Source: Clostridia bacterium
GTDB lineage: Bacteria > Bacillota > Clostridia > UBA1381 > UBA9506
Direction of reading: 5' to 3'
DNA length: 64,000 bases
NCBI GenBank assembly: GCA_017399695.1
Contig: JAFQBK010000015.1
Coordinates: 22,852-86,851 of the forward strand
In this document: piece after piece, positions 47,399-57,781 of the stretch
Layout of the letters: every line of letters starts with the position of its first letter
Numbering within the stretch: the first letter of the stretch is position 1
The notes under the pieces: generated by a model
What the model saw: the letters and a program-made list of their open reading frames with translations, nothing else
The model's database searches: none
Told to the model about the DNA's origin: nothing
Program-made: the position numbers and the translations under genes

Positions 47399-48298
47399 AT
47401 GAGAGTGCTTTGTTGTAATGAGAAGGGAACCTTTACGGTTTTGGTTGTTTCCGACCCGCAATGCGAGGAATTTTTTCAGTGGGAAGAGGCCGGAAATGAG
47501 CTTGCGCAGTTAGTGGAAAAGGCTGCGCCTGATTTTGTTTTGATTAACGGGGATATGGAATCGAATTGCCGCATCACGAAAGAGGGTTGGGAAATTTTTA
47601 TTCAACCGCTGCTTTTGCACAATATTCCGTGGTCAACCACCAACGGAAATCACGATCCTTTTATTCCTGAAATAGCTCAGCTTTACCATTCCTTTCCCGG
47701 TTGTTATAATCAGTTGATTGAAGAAACGGATGAATATTTTGAAGCGGAGCGCCCGCAAAATTACTGCCTGCCGGTGTATGCAAAGGATTCTGACCGCGTG
47801 CGGTTTGCTGTGTACGGGATGGATACGGGCGTGATGACCGAAGATGGTTGGGACGGTCTTTCAGAAAAACAGATTGCGTGGTATCGCCGCGAGTCAGACC
47901 GCTTAAAAGAAGCAAATGACGGAAAGTGCGTGCCGGCTCTTTTCTGTTGCCATATCCCCTTTGCTGAGGTGACAAAAATGGAGGTTATGGACGGTGTGAT
48001 TAACGAAGCAATCGGACATACCTCCATCGCGAACGACCATGGTGCCTTTGCGGCGATGAAAGCGCAGGGCGATGTAAAAATTGCGGTGTTCGGCCATTCG
48101 CATCTGATTAATCAAGTGGGTATGTATGAGGGAATCATTTTGGGCTTTGCCGGAAAACTTTCTACCGGAAGCTACCACGATGAGCTTTCCCGTGGCGGCA
48201 GAGTGGTACGTTTTTCGCAGGAACAGCCCGAGAAAGTCTGTACGTATTGGCTGGGAACGCTCCCTACCTCCAAAGACCAAAAAGAAGTAAGAGTATAA
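47399..48298 (+). CDS. calcineurin-like metallophosphoesterase
   Basis: INGDME, GNHD and GHSH motifs in canonical order. Confidence 0.7.
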   Translation: MRVLCCNEKGTFTVLVVSDPQCEEFFQWEEAGNELAQLVEKAAPDFVLINGDMESNCRITKEGWEIFIQPLLLHNIPWSTTNGNHDPFIPEIAQLYHSFPGCYNQLIEETDEYFEAERPQNYCLPVYAKDSDRVRFAVYGMDTGVMTEDGWDGLSEKQIAWYRRESDRLKEANDGKCVPALFCCHIPFAEVTKMEVMDGVINEAIGHTSIANDHGAFAAMKAQGDVKIAVFGHSHLINQVGMYEGIILGFAGKLSTGSYHDELSRGGRVVRFSQEQPEKVCTYWLGTLPTSKDQKEVRV

Positions 48299-48346
48299 AA
48301 TATGAGCCGCGGTTTTTTGCGGCGATGGATATAAAGGAGAATCAAT

Positions 48347-49615
48347 ATGACTTTTCAAAGAACCGATATTCTTTTGCCGGATTTTTCTGCCGACCAAGAG
48401 AAAATGCAAAAATGGAGCGTCGTTGCCTGCGACCAGTATACCTCCGAGCCGGAGTACTGGGATGCGGTATCTGCTCTTGTGGGCGAGGATGCCTCCACGC
48501 TGAATCTGACCGTTCCGGAAATTTACTTAAATGATGCCGATATTGATGAGCGCATCCAAAGAACCAACGCAAAAATGGAAGAATATAAAGAAAAAGGCTT
48601 GTTCACCGAGTACAAAAACAGCCTGATTTTTGTGGAAAGAACATTAAAAAACGGCGCAAAACGCTACGGCGTGGTCGGTGCGGTGGATTTGGAGGACTAT
48701 GATTTCTCCGTTGGCTCGAAAACCAAAATCCGTGCAACCGAGGGCACGGTGGTTTCCCGTATTCCGCCTCGGCTTCGTGTCAGATGTGGGGCAAGCGTCG
48801 AGCTTCCGCACATTATGATTTTGATTGATGATGCTGCGAAAACCATCATCGAGCCGCTTTCCGGCAAAACAAATGAATTTGAGCTTTTGTATGATTTCGA
48901 CTTGATGCAGGATTCCGGTCACATCAAGGGGTACAAAATGTCCGATGCGGCTTGTGATTTGATGGAAAAACAGCTGCTTTCGCTTGAAGATTTGGATACA
49001 TTTAATCAAAAATACGGCGTTTCGATGGATTCTGCCTTAGTGTTTGCGATGGGTGACGGAAACCATTCTTTAGCAACCGCAAAAACCCATTATGAAAATC
49101 TGAAAAAAGAGCTTGGCGATGTGGCAAAAGAATCGCCTGCCCGTTATGCGCTTTGTGAGTTGGTAAACCTGCACGACTCCTCCCTCGAATTTGAGGCAAT
49201 CCACCGCGTGGTATTTGATGCAAGCGGTGAGGCGTTTTTAGACGCTTTAGCAAAGGAATACGAGCTTTCCTTTGATGAAAATGATGAGGGACAAAAGTTT
49301 GAGCTTGTCTTATCCGGCGAGAAGAAAACGGTCATCGTCAAAAACCCGAAAGAGTATTTAACCGTTGCCACTGTGCAAAAAGCGCTTGATAGCTTTGTTT
49401 CAGAAAACGGCGGAGAGATTGACTATATCCACGGCGAAGATGTCGTTTTGTCTCTTGCAAAAGATGAGAAAAACTTCGGCATTCTTTTTGATGCGATGGA
49501 TAAAGCAGATTTGTATAAATCCGTCATTTTAGACGGTGCACTCCCGAGAAAGACCTTCTCGATGGGCGAGGCGTGCGATAAGCGGTTCTATATCGAGGCG
49601 AGAAAGATTAAATAA
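48347..49615 (+). CDS. DUF1015-family protein
   Basis: 422 aa. ILLPD...WSVVACDQYTS and MGDGNHSLATAK motifs are remembered from DUF1015. Confidence 0.7.
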   Translation: MTFQRTDILLPDFSADQEKMQKWSVVACDQYTSEPEYWDAVSALVGEDASTLNLTVPEIYLNDADIDERIQRTNAKMEEYKEKGLFTEYKNSLIFVERTLKNGAKRYGVVGAVDLEDYDFSVGSKTKIRATEGTVVSRIPPRLRVRCGASVELPHIMILIDDAAKTIIEPLSGKTNEFELLYDFDLMQDSGHIKGYKMSDAACDLMEKQLLSLEDLDTFNQKYGVSMDSALVFAMGDGNHSLATAKTHYENLKKELGDVAKESPARYALCELVNLHDSSLEFEAIHRVVFDASGEAFLDALAKEYELSFDENDEGQKFELVLSGEKKTVIVKNPKEYLTVATVQKALDSFVSENGGEIDYIHGEDVVLSLAKDEKNFGILFDAMDKADLYKSVILDGALPRKTFSMGEACDKRFYIEARKIK

Positions 49616-49774
49616 CAGGGAAAAGAGCGATGAACAGGGCGGAACGCTGGCGGGCGGAACGCCCTGTTTGTTTTTAGGAGTATTTTGTGACAGCAAGAAT
49701 AAACCTTGTCGAATTTGCTCTTAATTTGTTGACATTTCGCAAAAAACGCATTACAATAAATGCGAGGTGTTATT

Positions 49775-51754
49775 ATGAAAACAAATACAACGGCAAAAAT
49801 GCCGGCAAAACGCCGGATGTTTGAGGATATTTTAATTTTTGACAAGCGAAAAATGCTTTTTGGAGCCATTTTAGCGCTCGTTTCTGTTTTGGTGCACGCC
49901 ATCTTCTATTCTTGGGAAAACGGTCTTATGTACGGCTTGTTTTTCCTGCTCTTTGGCGCCCTGCGATTTAAGGAAAAAAATACTTGGTTTTCTTGGGCAC
50001 TCTATGGGATGCTGTTTGTGGTCTTTGTCAGCTTCTTTTGCAGTCTGGCAACAGGAATGACCACCGGCGGCAGAGAATTTTTAAAACTCGCCCCAAAGCA
50101 GCAATGGATGAACATTTTTATTATCATGACGATGTTTTCCCTTGTGTTTGCGTGTTTGGCAAATGCGCGGCGCACGCTCATTACAACGGCTGTGCTGCTG
50201 ACGATTTTTATGACGGCAAATTATTTTATCTATACTTTCCGCGGAAAAGAGCTTTGTGCGCTCGACTTTCTGTCTCTTGCTACCGCGGCAAACGTCGCAT
50301 CGCAGTATAAGTTCGTGATTACCGATACCGTGGCTGAGGTCTGGACCATGCTCGCGCTTTATATTTTCCTTGCATTTTCCCTACCGAAATCGCCCGCTTG
50401 TCCGCGTCTTCGTTCCCGCTTTTTGGCACTGACGCTTGCGGTGGTTATGAGCTGCTGTGTCATTGTAAACGCTGCACGGGTGACCATTATGACATGGGGA
50501 GACCAGGGCTCGGCGTATAACGGATATTTCCTGAACTTCTACCTCGGCGTGCGCGACTCCTTTATCGCTCCGCCGGACGGCTATTCCAAGGAAATGATTG
50601 CCGAACTCGAAAAGGAATATGGAACGGAAGCGGCAACGCCCACAGGCGAGCTACCCAATGTAATCGTTATTATGAACGAATCCCTTGCGGATTTCGGTAT
50701 CTTTGGAAAAGATATTCTGAAAGATGGCTCTCCTACCCCGTTTATGTCTTCTCTTTCGCAAAACACCATCTTTGGTCACGCACTGACCTCGGTGTTCGGC
50801 GGAAATACAGCAAACGCTGAGTTTGAATTCTTGTCAGGGGGCACGATGGCGTTTTTGCCGAACGGCTCGGTCGCATATCAGCAATATGTCGGCGGTCCGA
50901 TGGCAATGCTTGCAAAAGTGCTGAAAACCTACGGCTATGAGGCACTTGCCACACACCCGTATCACGCCAACGGCTGGGGCAGAGACCGCATTTATCCGAT
51001 GATTGGGTTCACCGAAAGCACATTTTTAGACAGCTATCCGATGAAGGATGTCCTGCGCAGCTATGTCAGCGACCGTGAGATGTACCAGCGGGTGCTCGAT
51101 AAGCTGGATGCCTGCGAGGAGCAGCCCTTGTTTATGTTTGGTATCACCATGCAAAACCACGGCGGTTATGACTACGCAGGTAATTTCTGGCCGGGGAATA
51201 CCGAGCTCACAGCGATGGAAGGCGATTATCCGTTGGCGGAGCAGTATGCGACCTTACTCTCTGAATCGGACAAGGCGTTTGAGTTTTTGCTTACTGAGCT
51301 TTCTAAACGCCCCGAAAAAACGATTCTTTTGATGTTCGGCGACCATATGCCGAGTATTGAAAATGCTTTTTATAATGAACTGAACGGCGGAGAATTTAAA
51401 TCGCTCGAGGATAAAATGAAAAAGTATGCGGTGCCGTTTTATATCTGGACAAACTATGACTCCGAAGAGGGAGATGCGTCCATCACCAGTTTAAACTTCT
51501 TGTCCATGCATCTGTTTGAGCTTGCAGGAATTCCGCAAACACCGTTGATGCGCTTTATGGCGGATATGCGAAAGGTCATTCCGGCGATGAACGCCCTCGG
51601 CTATTATTCCATTGAGCAGGATAAGTTTGTGGAGTTTGACGAGGCGACCGAAACCGAAAAAATGTGGCTTGACCGCTATGCCGCACTTCAGTATAACCAC
51701 TTGTTTGACAAAGCGAATCGAAGTGAAGTTTTCTTTGGGCAGTATTTGAAATAA
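49775..51754 (+). CDS. LTA-synthase-family sulfatase-domain membrane protein (LtaS-like)
   Basis: N-terminal five-TM block, then an extracellular alkaline-phosphatase/sulfatase fold (VIVIMNESLADF ... FGDHMP). GAGGTG RBS before the ATG at 49775. Confidence 0.75.
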   Translation: MKTNTTAKMPAKRRMFEDILIFDKRKMLFGAILALVSVLVHAIFYSWENGLMYGLFFLLFGALRFKEKNTWFSWALYGMLFVVFVSFFCSLATGMTTGGREFLKLAPKQQWMNIFIIMTMFSLVFACLANARRTLITTAVLLTIFMTANYFIYTFRGKELCALDFLSLATAANVASQYKFVITDTVAEVWTMLALYIFLAFSLPKSPACPRLRSRFLALTLAVVMSCCVIVNAARVTIMTWGDQGSAYNGYFLNFYLGVRDSFIAPPDGYSKEMIAELEKEYGTEAATPTGELPNVIVIMNESLADFGIFGKDILKDGSPTPFMSSLSQNTIFGHALTSVFGGNTANAEFEFLSGGTMAFLPNGSVAYQQYVGGPMAMLAKVLKTYGYEALATHPYHANGWGRDRIYPMIGFTESTFLDSYPMKDVLRSYVSDREMYQRVLDKLDACEEQPLFMFGITMQNHGGYDYAGNFWPGNTELTAMEGDYPLAEQYATLLSESDKAFEFLLTELSKRPEKTILLMFGDHMPSIENAFYNELNGGEFKSLEDKMKKYAVPFYIWTNYDSEEGDASITSLNFLSMHLFELAGIPQTPLMRFMADMRKVIPAMNALGYYSIEQDKFVEFDEATETEKMWLDRYAALQYNHLFDKANRSEVFFGQYLK

Positions 51755-51768
51755 GAAGCATCAAAAAA

Positions 51769-51810
51769 CAAGGGCTGTAGCAAAATGAAATCATTTTGCT
51801 ACAGCCCCTG
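51769..51810. terminator. bidirectional intrinsic terminator (convergent LtaS-like / EF-G paralog genes)
   Basis: About 19-bp stem CAAGGGCTGTAGCAAAATGA-aa-TCATTTTGCTACAGCCCCTG with A/T tracts on both sides. Confidence 0.75.
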
Positions 51811-51824
51811 TTTGTTATAAGAGA

Positions 51825-53891
51825 TTATTCTGAAACACTACTTTCTTCAATGATTTTCTTTGCGACCGGGTCAGGTGCCTGCTCATAGCACTTAAAGGCG
51901 AATGAAAAGCTTCCTCTGCCCTGTGTCATCGAACGTAAATCGGTGGCAAAGCGGCCCATTTCCGCCATCGGAACATCTGCGGTAATGGTTACCGTGCCGT
52001 CGCCCTGCGGGTCGTTACCGAGTACGCGGCCGCGGCGCTTGTTGATGTCGCCCATAATATCGCCCATATCAGCGGAGGGCACATTGACCAAAAGCTCGCC
52101 CATCGGCTCGAGCAGTACCGGAGATGCCTGCACAAGACCTGCTTTATATGCGAGGGCTGCTGCGGTCTTAAATGCCATTTCCGAGGAGTCAACACTATGG
52201 TAAGAGCCATCGTACAAGGTCGCCTTTAAGCCAACCACCGGATAGCCTGCCAAAACGCCGTGCTCCATACTGTCGCGCAGACCTTTTTCAACTGCCGGGA
52301 AGAAGTTTTTCGGAACGGCGCCGCCAAAGACCTTTTCCTCAAAGACTAAGGTCTCGGAATCCGTCGGTTCAAACTCAATCCAGACGTGACCGAACTGACC
52401 GTGACCGCCGGATTGCTTTTTATGTTTACCCTCTGCCTTGACGCTCTTACGGATGGTTTCGCGGTAAGGCACTTTCGGAAGTTTCAGCTCCACATTGACG
52501 CCGTATTTCGATGCAAGCTTGCTGACGGCAACCTCGATATGCTGTTCACCAACACCGCGGATAACCTGTTCGTGCGTTTCCGTGTTCAAGGTCAGCGAAA
52601 GCGTCGGGTCTTCTTCCATCAGCTTAGATAGTCCTGCACTGATTTTTTCTTCGTCGCCCTTTGCCTTGGGCATGATTGCCATTGCCATCATCGGTTCCGG
52701 AAACTCCGGTTTTTCGAGTAAGACGGCAGCGGATTTTGTGCAGAGCGTATCACCTGTTGAGGTGATGGAAAGCTTCGGAATAACGCCGATATCGCCGGCG
52801 CAGAGCTTATCCGTTTCGGTCTGCTTTTTACCGCACATATAGAATATACGGCTGATTTTTTCTTCTGCTTTTTTATTCGTGTTATAGACCGTATCATCTT
52901 TTTTCAGCGTGCCCTGATAGACGCGGACAAACGACAGTCTGCCGATAAAGGGGTCGGCAATCGTCTTAAAGCACTGTGCAACCAAAGGCTTTGACGGGTC
53001 AGCGGCAAGTTCCACCGGTTCGCCGTCTGCATTTTCTGCCAAAAGCTCCGCCGCATCATCCGGAGACGGCAGGTAGTGGCAAACGGCATCTAAGAGGAGA
53101 CGTGTGCCCTTGTTTTTAATTGCACTTCCGCACATGACCGGAATGACCTCGCGGCGTTTGGTGCCGTGGCGCAGGGCATGGCGGATTTCATCACGGGTAA
53201 ACTCTTCCCCGTTAAAATATTTTTCCATGAGGGCATCGTCGGTTTCGGCGACTGCCTCTAAAATCATATCACGAACCGGATTGATTTCGTCCTCCATGCC
53301 GTCGGGGATGGGGATTTCAACCACGTTTTCACCGTCAAAACGGCGGGCTTTCATATGTACGACGTTGACAAAGCCGTTGATTTTTCCTTCCTCTTTGATT
53401 GGAACCAAAAACGGCGCGATAGCTTTACCGAAGGTATCTTTAAGCTCTCCTAACACCTTGGCATAATCGGCTTTTTCATCGTCAACTTTGTTAATGTAAA
53501 TAATCAGGGGGATATTCTTTTCGGCGCAAATCTTCCACGCTTTTTCCGCACCGACAGAAACGCCGGACTTTCCGCTGATAACTAGGACAGCAGCATCCGC
53601 TGCGGCAATACCCTCGTACTGCTCCGCAACGAAATCAAAGGAACCGGGCGTGTCGATAAAATTGATTTTGTGACCGTCCCACTCCACCGGAATCAGTGTT
53701 GTGGCAATCGAGCACAAACGCTTGATTTCCTCCGGGTCATAGTCACTGACCGTGTTGCCCTCTTGGATGCTTCCCCGGCGCTCGAGTGCGCCGCCGCATC
53801 GCAAAAGTGCCTCGGCAAGAGAGGTTTTTCCGGCTCTGCCGTGACCCAAAAGAACTACGTTTTTAATGTTTGATACCGCATAATCTTTCAT
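51825..53891 (-). CDS. elongation factor G family GTPase (EF-G paralog)
   Basis: 688 aa, five-domain EF-G layout with divergent G1 GHGRAGKTSL and DTPG. The ATG at 53891 is preceded by GGAGGG; the track start at 54023 is an extension. Confidence 0.8.
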   Translation of the reverse strand: MKDYAVSNIKNVVLLGHGRAGKTSLAEALLRCGGALERRGSIQEGNTVSDYDPEEIKRLCSIATTLIPVEWDGHKINFIDTPGSFDFVAEQYEGIAAADAAVLVISGKSGVSVGAEKAWKICAEKNIPLIIYINKVDDEKADYAKVLGELKDTFGKAIAPFLVPIKEEGKINGFVNVVHMKARRFDGENVVEIPIPDGMEDEINPVRDMILEAVAETDDALMEKYFNGEEFTRDEIRHALRHGTKRREVIPVMCGSAIKNKGTRLLLDAVCHYLPSPDDAAELLAENADGEPVELAADPSKPLVAQCFKTIADPFIGRLSFVRVYQGTLKKDDTVYNTNKKAEEKISRIFYMCGKKQTETDKLCAGDIGVIPKLSITSTGDTLCTKSAAVLLEKPEFPEPMMAMAIMPKAKGDEEKISAGLSKLMEEDPTLSLTLNTETHEQVIRGVGEQHIEVAVSKLASKYGVNVELKLPKVPYRETIRKSVKAEGKHKKQSGGHGQFGHVWIEFEPTDSETLVFEEKVFGGAVPKNFFPAVEKGLRDSMEHGVLAGYPVVGLKATLYDGSYHSVDSSEMAFKTAAALAYKAGLVQASPVLLEPMGELLVNVPSADMGDIMGDINKRRGRVLGNDPQGDGTVTITADVPMAEMGRFATDLRSMTQGRGSFSFAFKCYEQAPDPVAKKIIEESSVSE

Positions 53892-54049
53892 AAAAAACAC
53901 CCTCCATCTATTGAAACTTAGGCCGAGGAGAATCGAACTCGCCTCGGCTTTAAAATAAAAATTTTCAAAGGAAAGCCGTTTTGGGATGATACGAAACAGA
54001 CCAAAGTCCGACAAAAAACGCAAAAAACAATCTTATCGTCTATATACCC

Positions 54050-55402
54050 CTATTCTATGTTTTCTAACCACGATTTTTGATTTTTTTCTAATATTTTGAG
54101 AAGAGCTTCTTTTTCGTTCTCTTCGGGAAACTCTAAAACGCGGTCTAACAGGCGGAAAAGCAGGATTCCAATGGCTTTTCCCCGATAGCCGAGCGCAATT
54201 AAATCATTGCCGCCGAGTGCGAGGTCGGAAAGCGAAAAAGCTTCTTCATCCGCCTTACATTCTCTGTATATCTGCTCGATTTCGTCATAAAGTGCGAGTC
54301 GGTAGCTTGTATGGAGAGGGTTTTGCCCCATGCAGTCGCCGCGCTTTAGGTCGAGTAAATCCAAAAAGATGTCCTCCCCCACGTCCAAAACCGCGCGCTT
54401 GACCGCTTTTTTGGTCAGAACGATTTCTCTGTCGTGGTATTTGACCAGCCGCTTAATCTTATCGGCGGTTTTGTTGTCAAATTTCAGGCGTTTTAAGATG
54501 TTTTCTACCAACCGGAGGCTCACATCAGCGTGACCCTTAAAATGTGTAATGAAATGTTCGTCTACGGTACGCTTTTCGGGTTTTCCCAAATCGTGAAACA
54601 GCGCCGCAAAGCGCAGTGCCGGCGTTTTTGGCACGTGGTTTGTCACCAAAAGGGTGTGCGTACCGACATCGTAGAGGTGATATTTGATGTTTTGTGAGGT
54701 GCGGAAAAGCTCTGCCAGCTCAGGCAGAATGAGGTCTAAAATGCCCGTGCCGTACAAAATACGAAATGCCTGCTCGCAATCCTCTGCCAGTACGGTTTTA
54801 GATAGCTCATCCCGGATGCGTTCAGCACTGACAGAACAAATCCCCTCTTTCGCCTGCTCCATCGCCTTGGCAGTTTCGGGCAGGACATGAAAGCCGAGCT
54901 GTGCGGCAAAGCGAACGGCACGGAGCATCCTGAGTGCGTCCTCCGAAAAGCGTTTTTCCGGCTCGCCGACACAGCGAATGACGCCTTTTTTCAGGTCAGC
55001 TTCTCCACCGAAGGGGTCTATGAGCCCTGCGGCTTCATTATACGCCATGGCGTTAATCGTAAAATCGCGCCGCGCTAGGTCTTCTGTGATGTTGTCAGTA
55101 AAAGTGACCGAGTCGGGGTGGCGATTGTCGTGGTATTCGCCGTCGATGCGGTAGGTCGTAACCTCAAAGCTTTCCCCACCCTCGCGCACGGTTACGGTGC
55201 CGTGGGCAAGTCCGGTATCTATCGTCTTCGGGAAAACGGATTTGATTTGCTTTGGAAGCGCGCTCGTGGTAATGTCCCAGTCGCCCGGTGTGCGTCCTAA
55301 AATTGAGTCTCGCACACAGCCGCCAACGGCGTACGCAGTATAGCCCGCGGCGGTAAGTGTATCCAGCACGAATCTCACCTTTTCCGGCAGTAAAATCCTC
55401 AT
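54050..55402 (-). CDS. cca: CCA-adding tRNA nucleotidyltransferase with HD domain
   Basis: GGCVRDSILGR..DWD polymerase-beta motif, RRDFTINA, and a C-terminal HD domain (LFHDLGK). Start at the ATG at 55402 (MRILLPEK). Confidence 0.85.
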   Translation of the reverse strand: MRILLPEKVRFVLDTLTAAGYTAYAVGGCVRDSILGRTPGDWDITTSALPKQIKSVFPKTIDTGLAHGTVTVREGGESFEVTTYRIDGEYHDNRHPDSVTFTDNITEDLARRDFTINAMAYNEAAGLIDPFGGEADLKKGVIRCVGEPEKRFSEDALRMLRAVRFAAQLGFHVLPETAKAMEQAKEGICSVSAERIRDELSKTVLAEDCEQAFRILYGTGILDLILPELAELFRTSQNIKYHLYDVGTHTLLVTNHVPKTPALRFAALFHDLGKPEKRTVDEHFITHFKGHADVSLRLVENILKRLKFDNKTADKIKRLVKYHDREIVLTKKAVKRAVLDVGEDIFLDLLDLKRGDCMGQNPLHTSYRLALYDEIEQIYRECKADEEAFSLSDLALGGNDLIALGYRGKAIGILLFRLLDRVLEFPEENEKEALLKILEKNQKSWLENIE

Positions 55403-55493
55403 TTCATCACCTCGTTTGTTAGTTCTATTATAAAATTTTTCCCGCTCCGTGTCAATGCAATCCAAAAATGCTGAAATATATAAGAAAAAAACA

Positions 55494-55522
55494 TTGACAG
55501 AAAGAGAAAAAAAGAGTAAAAT
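55494..55522 (+). promoter_or_regulatory. candidate sigmaA promoter for rny
   Basis: TTGACA-17 nt-TAAAAT, about 120 nt upstream of the rny RBS. Confidence 0.4.
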
Positions 55523-55640
55523 TATAATGTGTATTCTATGTTATACTGCGGGAAAATGGTATTTCCGCAGGGTAATTTCAGTTTCTTAAGATAATAAATC
55601 AGGCTTTGTAAAAGCAATGTGATGGGCGAAAGCTTAATTT

Positions 55641-57218
55641 TTGACAAGGAGGTGCTTTACCATAGACCCGATACTTATTGTTGCAATTATCGCAGTGATA
55701 TTAGTTGTCCTTGCGGCTTTTATTTCATTCCGCTTGGGCATTTCCTATAGAAAAAAGGTCGCAGAAGCTGAGTATGGCTCGGCAGAGGCGGAGGCTAGGG
55801 AAATAGTTGAGCGTGCGAAAAAAGAAGCAGAAAACAAAAAGAGAGAAATTCTCTTAGAGGCAAAAGAAGAAAATCATAAACAGCGTCAGGAATTTGATAA
55901 AGAAATCAAAGACAGACGTGCAGAAATCACTCGTCAGGAACGCCGTATCCAGCAGAAGGAAGAAACGCTGGACAAGAAAACGGAGGCGATTGAGAAAAAA
56001 GACGAGGCATTAAACGAGAAAGAAAAACAACTCGAAACGCAAAAAGCTGAAATCGAGGTTATCAAGCAGAAAGAATTAGAGGTTCTGCAGAAGCTGTCGG
56101 GCTTGAGTGTTGAGGATGCAAAGGAATTCCTCTTAAAGACGCTCGAGAGCGAAGTACGCCATGAGGCAGCTATCATGGTCAAAGACATAGAGACACAGGC
56201 AAGAGAAGAAGCAGACAAAAAAGCAAAGAATATCATCGCAGGTGCGATTCAGAAATGCGCCGCAGACCATGTGGCAGAAACGACGGTTTCCGTTGTTAAC
56301 CTGCCGAGCGATGAAATGAAGGGTAGAATTATCGGTCGTGAGGGTAGAAATATCCGCACGCTCGAGACACTGACCGGTATTGATTTGATTATTGATGATA
56401 CCCCAGAGGCAGTTATTCTGTCCGGCTTTGACCCCGTGCGCCGTGAGATTGCGCGCGTGGCACTCGAAAAGCTCATTGTGGACGGACGTATTCATCCGGC
56501 GCGCATTGAGGAAATGTATGAAAAAGCAAAGAAAGAAGTGGAAGCCGAAATCAAGCAGGAGGGCGAAAATGCCACCTTTGAAACCGGCGTTCATGGCTTA
56601 CATCCGGAGATTGTTAAGCTCTTAGGTAAACTCAAATTCAGAACCAGCTATGGTCAGAATGTATTGAAGCACTCGATGGAGGTTTCCCACCTCTCCGGTT
56701 TGATTGCCGGTGAGCTTGGTGCAGATATTACGCTGGCGAAGCGTGCAGGTTTACTTCACGACTTAGGTAAGGCGGCTGACCACGAGATGGAAGGCTCGCA
56801 CGTCATGATTGGTGCAGAGCTTGCCAAGAAGTACAAAGAGGGCAAGGATGTCATTCACGCCATTATGGCGCATCACGGCGATGTGGAGGCAACGACCTTG
56901 GTTGCTGCTATTGTTCAGGCGGCAGATGCAATTTCTGCAGCTCGTCCGGGCGCACGCCGCGAAAATATCGAAAACTACATCAAGAGACTTGAAAAACTCG
57001 AAGAGATTGCCAACTCCTTTGACGGGGTTGAAAAATCCTTTGCCATCCAGGCAGGTCGTGAAGTTCGTATTATGGTTCGACCGGAGGACATCAAAGACGA
57101 CGGTATTACCATGATTGCGCGCGATATCGTTAAGAAAATCGAGAGCGAAATGGAATATCCGGGTCAGATTAAGGTCAATGTCATTCGTGAAACCAGAGCA
57201 ATCGACTACGCAAAATAA
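55641..57218 (+). CDS. rny: ribonuclease Y
   Basis: N-terminal TM, long coiled coil, KH domain ([12 protein letters not shown]) and HD domain (LLHDLGKA). The true start is unclear: the AAGGAGG RBS (55646-55652) lies inside the track ORF, and the first in-frame codon at proper spacing is ATA (55662). Confidence 0.85.
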   Translation: MTRRCFTIDPILIVAIIAVILVVLAAFISFRLGISYRKKVAEAEYGSAEAEAREIVERAKKEAENKKREILLEAKEENHKQRQEFDKEIKDRRAEITRQERRIQQKEETLDKKTEAIEKKDEALNEKEKQLETQKAEIEVIKQKELEVLQKLSGLSVEDAKEFLLKTLESEVRHEAAIMVKDIETQAREEADKKAKNIIAGAIQKCAADHVAETTVSVVNLPSDEMKGRIIGREGRNIRTLETLTGIDLIIDDTPEAVILSGFDPVRREIARVALEKLIVDGRIHPARIEEMYEKAKKEVEAEIKQEGENATFETGVHGLHPEIVKLLGKLKFRTSYGQNVLKHSMEVSHLSGLIAGELGADITLAKRAGLLHDLGKAADHEMEGSHVMIGAELAKKYKEGKDVIHAIMAHHGDVEATTLVAAIVQAADAISAARPGARRENIENYIKRLEKLEEIANSFDGVEKSFAIQAGREVRIMVRPEDIKDDGITMIARDIVKKIESEMEYPGQIKVNVIRETRAIDYAK

Positions 57219-57307
57219 AAATAGCTGCACGGTGGCGGCGTCTAGCCGGCGCCGTGCAGTTTATGTTTTTTACGAAACTTTTGAACGAATAAAAAGGAAG
57301 AAGTATC

Positions 57308-57724
57308 ATGCGCAGAGAAAAATCGTGCGGCGCACTTGTGCTTTGCCGCGAGGGCGGCGAGTGGAAGATGCTGCTGACACAAAATAGAAACGGCGGGCAT
57401 TGGGCATTCCCCAAGGGTCATGTCGAAGCAGGCGAAACGGAAAAGGAAACTGCTATCCGTGAGGTGCTCGAGGAAACGGGCGTATCGATTGTCATTAATA
57501 CGGATTTTCGTACCGAAACACAATACTCTCCCGCCAGCGGCGTCTTAAAGGATGTGGTCTATTTCCTTTGCGTCGTCGGCTCGATGGAGACCGTGCGGCA
57601 GGAAGAGGAAATTGATGCGATTTGCTGGATGACGTTTTCGCAGGCAGAAAAAAGAGTGACCTTTGAGCGCGATAAGGAAATTGTGCGCGAGGCAAGGGAT
57701 TATGCAGAAAAATACTTAAAATAG
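57308..57724 (+). CDS. NUDIX hydrolase (Ap4A-hydrolase-like)
   Basis: Nudix box GHWAFPKGHVEAGETEKETAIREVLEETG. Confidence 0.8.
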   Translation: MRREKSCGALVLCREGGEWKMLLTQNRNGGHWAFPKGHVEAGETEKETAIREVLEETGVSIVINTDFRTETQYSPASGVLKDVVYFLCVVGSMETVRQEEEIDAICWMTFSQAEKRVTFERDKEIVREARDYAEKYLK

Positions 57725-57744
57725 GGGTCTGAATCCTCCCCGGA

Positions 57745-57776
57745 GAGTCGCGAGAAAAAGTCGCGGCTCTTTTTAT
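57745..57776. terminator. intrinsic terminator between the convergent NUDIX and sigK genes
   Basis: AGAGTCGCGA-gaaaaag-TCGCGGCTCT followed by TTTTATT. Confidence 0.65.
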
Positions 57777-57781
57777 TATGC

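Noticed and set aside
53900-54049. Possible tRNA gene suggested by GTTCGATTC.
   Set aside because: Only an acceptor-like stem and a T-loop-like loop are present. The upstream sequence is AT-rich and has no D or anticodon arm. I found no complete tRNA anywhere in the window.
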